NCBI RefSeq assembly: GCF_964355755.1
Contig: NC_092672.1
Coordinates: 13,764,001-13,828,000 of the forward strand
DNA length: 64,000 bases
Direction: 5' to 3'
DNA from: Antedon mediterranea
Taxonomy: Eukaryota > Animalia > Echinodermata
Shown here: piece after piece, positions 26,401 to 38,400 of the stretch
Position numbering within the stretch: the first letter of the stretch is position 1
Layout: each line of letters opens with the position of its first letter
Position numbers and translations under genes: made by a program
The notes under the pieces: model-generated
What the model was told of the DNA's origin: nothing
Database searches by the model: none
The model's input: only the letters and a program-made list of their open reading frames with translations

Positions 26401-29400
26401 TTTAAGAATATTCCATAAAAACACTATAGTGGAAATGAATATATTTACAAAATAGACCAAATTCAGATCACTGTATTTCTTTTGGCATAGTTTTTTTTTC
26501 TTTCTAAATATAACGATTATTAAAACTATTTAATGCACGTTGTTGAAACACAGAAGTCAAACCAGTCAAATATCTCCATATTCCTGTTCTCGGTGATTCA
26601 AAATCAATGTGTTTAATGAAATGAATAATAATTGCATCATATAGGACCAATAATTAAAAACACACATGTATATACTTGACATCTGATTAGTTAATTTCGG
26701 ACAATATGGTAATGGTTCTATAACTCGGCAGCTTTTAGTATTTTATGCGAGCTAGTGGTCTGTTCGAAACAAACTTGTATTATGCACCGTCTATCTGTTC
26801 TAATCTGCGGCCAAAATCTGAGAGCGTTGCCTTTCTTTTTGAATAGTTTAGTCGCCGAGGGTTAGCTGCCGTCAAAAATAGAAAATTCTTAATCATTGAA
26901 CTGATAGACATTTCTTATTCTATACTACAGTAAATTACCTGGCGATGTGGGATTAAATATGGCCGTAAATGAATGTTCAGGTTGTGAAAACTTTAAAGTA
27001 ATACATTCGTCAGAAACATCAAGACTTCTATTGAAAGGAATCATTTTGCAAACTTTTGCATTATAGATTGAAACTCCGGATATTGCATCAAACCATGCCG
27101 ACCACGTGATTCTCAACTCACTCTGAAACAAAATAAAGAGAGAGATAGAATAATAATGGCTTTACATGACATTTATATTTTTATCAATTATATTTCAACA
27201 GACACGTAAACAAAATAAATTAATACCACAGCAATAATTAAAAAGTTCTCTAATTAATTAACATGTTCAAATAATAATAGCAATAACGATGAAGGTGTGT
27301 AGATACAGCTGACAATGACACACGCTAGGTCATTTAATTGAAAAACTAACCAATAATATATGCTACTGAAATAGGGTTCTGTCTGATATTAATAATTGCG
27401 GTGATAACAATAATAATTAATTATTAAATTTATGAATTCCTTACAGATTTAGTGTACCTATCACTGATTTCCAGCGCATTTCCAGCGCATGTTGAAGCTC
27501 GTGTAGTTGAAACTGAACAGTGAGTTGGTGGATTAAAGTCTACAACTACGTCCAGGTACCTCACTGAGCTTTTACCTTCGTAATATATTGAGCTGGGAGG
27601 GTCATGGATTATATTCAGGAATCCTCCATTGGTGGAGGAAGTTGTAATGACTAAGCTGAAAATAACATAGAATACAGAATACAGAATGTATTGATCCAAC
27701 AGGAAATTCGTTTCGTTAACAAGCTCTCAAACAATTAATTAAAAATATATAAAAAGTCATGAATACAAAATACAAGATCTTATAAAAATACGAATAAACC
27801 TCAAAATAGACAAAAATATAAAAATACTATATCGTAACATATATAATATATAGAAAAATAGATATATATTACCAGTATTATATACAGTTAAAACAAATTA
27901 CATATTCAATCTATCTTTTAATAGTTGCGTTATATAAATGGCAAGAATTTGGAACAAATAGATAGCAGTGTGTGTGTTTTAACAATGGGTTTATGTATGT
28001 TTCATCACTTTATTTATTGTTAATAATTTTATGTGTTAATTTTAAGTGGTCATTCAATCAAACATTTAATGTCTATACAAAATGTAGTATATAGATTTAC
28101 TAACAATAATGGATAAGATAGAACTATTATAACTAAAATAACTCATTCTATTAACATTTTTGGTGATGTCATCTGAGATTCATTGCCCGCTCCAATTATC
28201 TCATTCATTGATCTAATATCATTTGTGTTTTAAGTAAGTCACGTGTTTCATGTTTGAGATCAGCCTGAAAAAGGTTTGTATAAAATATAACATACCTGTC
28301 ACCATTTTGAAGGTTTCCTTCTAAATGTGCATATTCATCACATGTATGTAAGTTTTCATTTGGATAACTTCTGCTATAGTTTAAATTACAATCTATATTT
28401 CCAGCATCGAGAACATAGTTTTCTATAAGATAAGATACAATAATTAATATTTGGAATACAAACTCTATCATCATTTTCTCTCTTAACTTGAATGCACATT
28501 TACAACATAACTTATACTGATACTAATACCGTAATAAACTGTAAATTGGCATTAAGAAGGCTTTCGTACCTCTATTCACAGTCCAGTTTATAGCAGCTGC
28601 AATGACTCCTACTTTAAAATCACTGATATAGTAAGGATATGGATATTCGGATTCTGGAGGACCAGTAAATTTGGTGTGCCAAATTACAGATATCTTGGTG
28701 ACGTGTAAAGAACTATAATATGCAGGAATGTTTGGCAACATATTATGGCATGGGATGTCTGCAGTATAATCTTCATCGTTTTCATAAAGTACTACTGAGC
28801 ACTGAGTTACCGTAGATCCAACAGATACTATAAATAAATAAATAAATCAATTAATTGATTGATTGAAAATAATAATATAATTACCACATATATTGTTTGA
28901 AGGTTTGCATGGCGAAATCAAATGTTGATATAAAGTTTGCGGTACACCACGTATATTATTTCTGAAAAGAACTGTTGAGTTTGAGGACGATCAAAGCATA
29001 TTGATCGAAACGTCGAGAAACTTAACAGTTCTTTTCAGAACTAATACACGTGGTGTACCGCAGACTTTATATCAACATAGTTACCACACTTACGATAATA
29101 CTTTTACATTCGAGCAATCTATTCGATTAGAAAACTATGTGCATCATGAAAATCCACCTGATATTGGAGGAACTTACTACGCTAGACACATGACAGTTGA
29201 GCTTAAGGGCGTGCTAAACTTGAATTTTTTCCGTTTTGTTTAGTGTTTGTTTCGTAATTTCAATGTACTGTATCTCTAATTCTGGAAGCTTATTTGAATA
29301 AATTGAATAATTTGTTTTACATACTTGCCATGCAGTTGATGTCCATATTGAAATCTGGATGACAATTACAGCTATTGGTAGAAGAGTTACACGTGCCAGG

Positions 29401-32400
29401 GTAGCAAGAGTTGTGTTCATTTTTCCACATACATGTTTCTAGTGAGTAGTCTACACGTTAGTATAATACAATTCATTTATTCTATTTTTTGTATTTCTGA
29501 TGAGATCAATAGACATTTCGTAATATTTCTGATAATCTTATAACAGTCTTTTTTTGTGTGTTTCATTTATTTATTTTCCAATAAAAATGCATCAGGGATA
29601 AAAGTTTGCAAATTTGAATCTTGCTTCCTATGAAAATAGTCTGTTTTTCGGAAACTGTAAACTAATATACTATTTTGTTTGTTTTGTTAATAATTAAAAT
29701 TGTGAGAATAAAAAAAATGAATTACTTTACTTGGAAAGGTTTTGCCAGTTTAATTATAATCGTTATTCACTTACCAAAAATAGATCAATCAATTGTATTA
29801 CAAAATACTATTGAATTTGTCTGAAATATTTGTTAAATGTAATAGTTTATTGTGGCTTTTTATAAGTAAACTCATTATTTCTGTTCATTTTTTTCTACAA
29901 AAGTTAATAACCTTATTAAAACTGCAACCATCTTCATTAATGTCACAATACATCTTTAATAAAACAATAAGTACATAGATTATATTTTTTTATTTTAACA
30001 TCAGTATCACTGATTTTTAACCAAAAAAATTAAAAATATAAATAATGTAAAAATCAATGTTTCCATATTCATAGATTATATCTCATGTTCACTGCAACTT
30101 ACCAACAACTCTAATAAGAACCGTACATGTATCCGAGTTGCCAGATTGATCTACAACCGTGAACTCAACGACACTTCCATTTTCATTCATTGGAAAAATG
30201 TCGCCAGATATGAATGGATTTGAGTTTACTTCAACAACGTCGCCACTGTTGTCAGTGACAACCGGAGAAGTCCAAGATACAGTTGCAGTTGGTCTACCAG
30301 TGTCAGTAGAGATGTACAAAACACCACCTGATGTCTCAATTAGATTGCCAGAGGTAATACTGATGTTACAAGTTATGAATGGGTTTTCGTTATCTAAGTG
30401 TAAAAAATACAATTTAATTGTATTTATGTTTACAAGAAAAACAATCATACATCTGAAAATCTATCAAGAGTTCTTGCTGAAGAAGATTAATAAGCAATTA
30501 TTTCGGCTAGTTGCAATAATAATGATGTTAAATTGTTATTAATGTATATTTTGAATTACACAGAAAACTCTAAACCGCATAATATAAGTAAACTCATTAT
30601 TTCTGTTAATTTTTTTCTACAAAAGTTAATAACCTTATTAAAACTGCAACCATCTTCATTAATGTCACAATACATCTTTAATAAAACAATAAGTACATAG
30701 ATTATATTTTTTTATTTTAACATCAGTATCACTGATTTTTAACCAAAAAAATTAAAAATATAAATAATGTAAAAATCAATGTTTCCATATTCATAGATTA
30801 TATCTCATGTTCACTGCAACTTACCAACAACTCTAATAAGAACCGTACATGTATCCGAGTTGCCAGATTGATCTACAACCGTGAACTCAACGACACTTCC
30901 ATTTTCATTCATTGGAAAAATGTCGCCAGATATGAATGGATTTGAGTTTACTTCAACAACGTCGCCACTGTTGTCAGTGACAACCGGAGAAGTCCAAGAT
31001 ACAGTTGCAGTTGGTCTACCAGTGTCAGTAGAGATGTACAAAACACCACCTGATGTCTCAATTAGATTGCCAGAGGTAATACTGATGTTACAAGTTATGA
31101 ATGGGTTTTCGTTATCTAAGTGTAAAAATACAATTTAATTGTATTTATGTTTACAAGAAAAACAATCATACATCTGAAAATCTATCAAAAGTTCTTGCTG
31201 AAGAAGATTAATAAGCAATTATTTCGGCTAGTTGCAATAATAATGATGTTAAATTGTTATTAATGTATATTTTGAATTACACAGAAAACTCTAAACCGCA
31301 TAATATAAGTAAACTCATTATTTCTGTTCATTTTTTTCTACAAAAGTTAATAACCTTATTAAAACTGCAACCATCTTCATTAATGTCACAATACATCTTT
31401 AATAAAACAATAAGTACATAGATTATATTTTTCTACAAAAGTTAATAACCTTATTAAAACTGCAACCATCTTCATTAATGTCACAATACATCTTTAATAA
31501 AACAATAAGTACATAGATTATATTTTTTTATTTTAACATCAGTATCACTGATTTTTAACCAAAAAAATTAAAAATATAAATAATGTAAAAATCAATGTTT
31601 CCATATTCATAGATTATATCTCATGTTCACTGCAACTTACCAACAACTCTAATAAGAACCGTACACGTATCCGAGTTGCCAGATTGATCTACAACCGTGA
31701 ACTCAACGACACTTCCATTTTCATTCATTGGAAAAATGTCGCCAGATATGAATGGATTTGAGTTTACTTCAACAACGTCGCCACTGTTGTCAGTGACAAC
31801 CGGAGAAGTCCAAGATACAGTTGCAGTTGGTCTACCAGTGTCAGTAGACATGTACAAAACACCACCTGATGTCTCAATTAGATTGCCAGAGGTAATACTG
31901 ATGTTACAAGTTATGAATGGGTCTTCGTTTTCTAAGTGTAAAAATACAATTTAATTGTATTTATGTTTACAAGGAAAACAATCATACATCTGAAAATCTA
32001 TCAAAAGTTCTTGCTGAAGAAGATTAATAAGCAATTATTTCGGCTAGTTGCAATAATAATGATGTTAAATTGTTATTAATGTATATTTTGAATTACACAG
32101 AAAACTCTAAACCGCATAATATAAGTAAACTCATTATTTCTGTTAATTTTTTTCTACAAAAGTTAATAACCTTATTAAAACTGCAACCATCTTCATTAAT
32201 GTCACAATACATCTTTAATAAAACAATAAGTACATAGATTTGATTTTTTTATTTTAAGATCAGTATCACTGATTTTTAACCAAAAAAAATTAAAAATAGA
32301 AATAATGTATAAATCAATGTTTCCATATTCATAGATTATATCTCATGTTCACTGCAACTTACCAACAACTCTAATAAGAACCGTACATGTATCCGAGTTG

Positions 32401-35400
32401 CCAGATTGATCTACAGCCGTGAACTCAACGACACTTCCATTTTCATTCATTGGAAAAATGTCGCCAGATATGAATGGATTTGAGTTTACTTCAACAACGT
32501 CGCCACTGTTGTCAGTGACAACCGGAGAAGTCCAAGATACAGTTGCAGTTGGTCTACCAGTGTCAGTAGAGATGTACAAAACACCACCTGATGTCTCAAT
32601 TAGATTGCCAGAGGTAATACTGATGTTACAATTTATGAATGGGTCTTCGTTATCTAAGTGTAAAAATACAATTTAATTGTATTTATGTTTACAAGGAAAA
32701 CAATCATACATCTGAAAATCTATCAAAAGTTCTTGCTGAAGAAGATTAATAAGCAATTATTTCGGCTAGTTGCAATAATAATGATGTTAAATTGTTATTA
32801 ATGTATATTTTGAATTACACAGAAAACTCTAAACCACATAAGATGAGGAATAAATGTAATCATTCTCACTCTTGTTCTTGTATATTATCATTAACAAAGG
32901 AGAGGTTGGAAAGGTAACATGCTACACATAGAGCAGGTTTGAAATATAAACACCGACACACTCTGAAATTAATTGATAATATTTGAAACGATAAAGATGT
33001 GGAAATCTGTGAGAATGAGAAAATTTCGCCCCAACCGAGATTCAAAACCGGAACCTTTTGCTTGATATGCAGATGTCCTAACCACCAGACCGTTTTGTTT
33101 GTGTTGGTCCTGGTATTATTCAAATTTGATTGGATATATGAAATATCATTGAATGTACATTAAATGTACAATACAATAAAGCATTACGTCAATTTATTTA
33201 ATCATGGAGAGTAACTAACGCCACCACAGTAGTAGACCTACGCAAAACAATATAGATAGTATAACTTCTTTTAAAACATCATTGTAATTTTTAAAAATTT
33301 GAAAAATATTTCGGATCTCAATAATTAAGATCGTAAAACAATACAAAACAACATCATAAGTTGTGATGAGTTGCGATTTGCATTTGTAGTAGATATTATT
33401 TGATATGTGAACTTACCACCTGTAGCCATGATTATTGCTTGGAATCCCGGTCTAACAACAGAGCCATCGGTTGTAATACGTACAACAAGTGTATCACCTG
33501 CTGGAATTACGTAATCTGGTGGATTACTATAACCATCATGATATCCAAGTTGCACTCCATTACTGTTTATGTAAACGAAGTCATACGAACTTTCAAACGA
33601 GAAATCTATAAATTGCAATCGAAGACTGCACTGATCACAGGGCATAAACGTGCACGAGACATCCATACTGTTATCATATGACGTAGGATAACCTATAGAA
33701 GATACTCTAACATCCCTAGTAGTTGAAACTTGTGTCGTCTGCCCATTGCATGTGACGTCTGTTGAAACTAAAAGAAAAATATTGAACTATCTCTACGGAA
33801 AGCTGGTACAATATACACTAAGCTATATATTAATGTAGCCTAGTGTATTTGTTATTGTTAATTATAATAATAGTTGTGTATGAACATAAAAAACATAGCA
33901 TACATTTAGGAACAATCAAATATTGTTTTACCAGTATGTATATGTAAACCTCCTGGGAGTCGGATATCACTACTTTGCTTTGATTGTATTCCAGTTCTTC
34001 TGTCAACTCGATATATGCCATCCGTCCAATCAGACCAGTATAGATAATTCTCATACATTTCAATACCAAACGGGTGCTTTCCTTCAATGTCAAGAATTCT
34101 TCTTCTTTTGGTACCGTCAAGGTTAGCCTCCTCAATCACATCAGTTCCTGCATCACACCAATACATCTTTCCATCTAAAAAAATAATAAATACATCAAAT
34201 ATTAATGAACATCTTTTTAATGACTGTTATATTGTATTCCAAGATGGCTGTTATATTGTATTCCAAGATGGCTGTCATATTGTATTCCAAGATGGCTGTT
34301 ATATTGTATTCCAAGATGGCTGTCATATTGTATTCCAAGATGGCTGTCATATTGTATTCCAAGATGGCTGTTATATTGTACTCCAAGATGGCTGTTATAT
34401 TGTACTCCAAGATGGCTGTTATATTGTATTCCAAGATGGTTGTTATATTGTACTCCAAGATGGCTGTTATATTGTATTTCAAGGTGGCTGTTATATTGTA
34501 TTCCAAGATGGTTGTTATATTGTATTCCAAGATGGCTGTTATATTGTATTCCAAGATGGTTGTCATATTGTATTCCAAGATGGCTGCCATTAAATCGCAT
34601 AGTTGCTGTTTTTCATGTACAGTATATAATTACTACCAAATTTATTTCTTTGCATATTTGGAATCCTTTGGATTAACATGGCAATCTATAACCACATAAC
34701 ACATTACCTTATTACTAGTAGGATACTTTGCAATTGAGACAACACATACACCTACTTTCATCTCCCCAAAAAGTTGTCAAACAGCACTCATCTGCACACT
34801 TGGTCCACACCACGTTAGCCTCGTCATACTCATTCCGTAAGATAATTACGTATGGAAAACACCAAAATATCAATGCTAATTAAAATATTTCTAAAGAAAG
34901 TATATTTTTTTTTGGTTTGATAAGTCACATGAAGAAAAAAACCACAAAAGTGGTACATTTTTCGTTGAAAATTAAGGAACAATCTCTGAATTTTAATTAT
35001 TTATTTTACACTTACCAAAAATACAAAAGATCCTTTATATTATTTGAGAACTGAAGATATTTATTCTACGAGTATGTATTAGTTTAGAACCCAATTTTGC
35101 AATTTTAATTATCAACAATTATCACTTGAAATATAATGTATACATATTTATTGTAATTGTTTTTGCGTTTGTTGTTTATCACTGTTCTTTAATAAATTAT
35201 TATTCATATAGGTGGTAAAATAAAAAATTTAAAAAAACATTCCGTAAGGTAAACTGGGTTATTTAAATTTAAATGAGATTTAGTACTTATCCAAGAATAC
35301 TTGTCAGAATTACTATGTAGTTGATTTGATAGTTAATCTGATTTCTCTGCCTGTTGTCCGTACCAAACGGTACTGACATTACATTGTTGGAAATCAATAA

Positions 35401-38400
35401 CAAATAAATTAATAATAAACATAACCAATTACAATACTTTAAAGTTACAGTTTCATACTTCTCATTTCACACTTTTACAACACTTTACATTAGTTTGAGT
35501 GGATTGTTAGGGTGCTTTTGATTATGTATTGTATTGAATTACAGTTTTCCTTTTATACTTGATGATATTTTATGTTACACATGTTTCATGTTCAATTCAG
35601 ATTCTGGTACCACTGCGATATTTTCAATAAACGTTGATTCTGATATATATTCATTGAATATAACTAAATCACAGTTTATGGTTAAAATGTAGAGTGAGAT
35701 GCAACAAGTTTTCATAATTGTTAATCTTAAATAAAGGTAGCACAAGTCAGCCACAAAAGAGAAAAAGAACATCTAATGAAATGAATGAAAGATATAATTA
35801 ACTTACCACGAACTGCTAAAACTAGTCCGTTTGGAAATTGAAGTCCAGTTGTGACAAGGGCAGTTCTACTACTCAAGTTATTTAATTTAGCTCGTTCTAT
35901 CTTCTTTGTTCCCCAATCAGTCCAATATAAATATCTAAAATAAATGAGAGAAATAAAGCCTCATAATTTTACAAGTAGCTTGGTATATTGTACGATTTGA
36001 AATAAGGATCATTGAAATCGATTTGAAATGATTAATTTTAGCCCACCATTGTGTATTCAATTCAATTCAATTCAACTTTTATTTCAGGCAATTGTCCATA
36101 ATGGTATAATACATTACAAAAAAAAGATGAAGGAGAGAAGACAAAAACTTTTATATATTGGTATATAATGCCTCTCTCCATTTGTAGTACATGTTTGAAT
36201 CCATCAACAAATAATTATATATACAAATTAACATTCTGTTTTCGCTTTTCATTATTCTTGTAAGAAATCAGTAAGTCGAAATCTTCAAATATTCATAAAA
36301 TGATGAAATATTGTTTTCCATAAACAAATTCCTCGCACTAACAAATCTGAGTTGTCCCAACAACCTCCGGAAAGCATCATTATAACAAACTTTAAGTCGG
36401 TTGATATCTTTATACAAATAATGAATGTTTATGAGTGTAATGGTACAAATAATGGCATGAGGTGAATGATGAAAGGTTATTATATAACCTTTCATCATTC
36501 ACCTCATGCCATTATTAAGTATTAAAGGTTTGAGCATCATAGAAAAGATACCGGTACTGTCATTTAGCCTACACATTTTATTCTGGGATGTTATTACCTC
36601 CACCGAAATGACGACCAATCGTGTGTGTGTGTGTGTGTGTTTCTTTCTATATTTTAGCAGGATTTCCATAGACTTATAATAGCTTCATATCTGTATGGAA
36701 CAGGTTATTCAAATTTTGCGCTCTCTAGTTGATCTAGAAATGAATTTTCTACCTTAATTTTCTATATGTACGAAATTGTTCTTGTCTGATTTTTATTCCC
36801 AGGAAGATTAGCTTACAATTGTTTGTTATTCTTTTTCGATAAAATCAATGTTAAAAACATACCCATAAGCTGGGTCTACCTCAATCGCACGTGGCTTTAC
36901 TAACGTTGTGTCAAAAAGAATTGTTCTGTTTGTTCCATCCAGGTTTATTACTTCGATTCTGTTTTCATTTTTACTTGTCCAATAAAGTTTATTTCCAATG
37001 GCATCAATAGCTAAACCATCCACAACTACACGCACAGGGCAGAAAAAATCAATTATGAGATGCACCATTAAGCAAAAAATGAAAATAAAATTATTGTTCG
37101 TAGTCTCCGAGATATTAAATTAAGATATATTTCATCTTGAAAGAATTTCATTTAGCTTCGATTTTGTATAGATGACAAATTTCGTTTTTGTAAAAGCACA
37201 AGTTAACGGAGTACTTACTCGAACGTTTCGATCTCTATCAGAGATCCTTCTCAACTGACTGCGGAGTGTTAATGCAGCTTGGTCATTCTTGACGTCATCT
37301 GTTGATGACGTTGTACGCCTCCGGAGGCGTACAACGTCATCAACAGATGACGTCAAGAATGACCAAGCTGCATTAACACTCCGCAGTCAGTTGAGAAGGA
37401 TCTCTGATAGAGATCGAAACGTTCGAGTAAGTACTCCGTTAACTTGTGCTTTTACAAAAACGAAATTTGTCATCTATACAAAATCGAAGCTAAATGAAAT
37501 TCTTTCAAGATTTAAGAGAAAAATATGGTCAAGAAACCATCAACATCGTACGCAAACAGGAAAATATCGCGAAGAAAATTTCACGGCAGAGAAATCACCG
37601 GGTATTCTCCCTTCATTGTAAGCGGTTGGACATTACCCCTCCGAGCCTGAAATTATATCGACCGATCAAATCGTCTAAAGCAGAGGAAATAATAAAACAT
37701 GCAGAAAGACAGCTTTTACGTGAGAGAATAAGAATCACCACCAACAAAATCACACAGTTAGAAGGCAAAAAGAAAGATTTAAATGAGGAAATCGTATCGC
37801 TAATTCCCAACGGAGGGGACATCACCAATGTATGTAATCACGTAAACAAAGTGTGTGAAGCGGAATTCTTAAAATGCCGATCACGACAACAAAACAAACT
37901 GTTGTGGTGGAAAAACAAAGCAGAAAACGCAGCTAGAGATTTACATCAAGAACAGGATTTATCCGGTAAGATCTTAAGAGAAAAATGGGTGGTAAATCTG
38001 TCTAGTAAGTTGGTTAGTGAGGACGAAATATCAGCATTACAAAGGGGATTGAACTATGCGGCGAGCCCACGATCCATGCCCATTGACGATCTCATAGTAG
38101 CGGCTGAAAAAGCGGCTGATCTCGTCCCCCTGGAAGAACAAGACACCGTTCGCAGTAAAATTGTAGCTATTGTAAAATCTACCACTCTACCACCTTCAAA
38201 TTTAACCCCCAAAGAACGAAAGGCCATAAACAACTTGAAGAAAGATAAATCTATTCTTATTCTCCCAGCGGATAAAGGTAGATCTACTGTCATCCTAAAT
38301 ACTAATGATTACAAAGATAAAGTGGGAACCATGGTGAGCGACACTAATGTTTACGAACTGCTAAAACGTAATCCAACACAAAACTATAAACGAAAAGTGG

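Noticed and set aside
30159-32676. Four + strand ORFs MNSTTLPFSF
   Set aside because: Antisense shadows of the HYR exons.
34087-34699. Five overlapping repetitive ORFs
   Set aside because: Translations of the 24-bp minisatellite inside an intron.
37132-37621. Mirror-image ORFs MTSSVDDVVRL on both strands
   Set aside because: By-product of the perfect pLTR palindrome.
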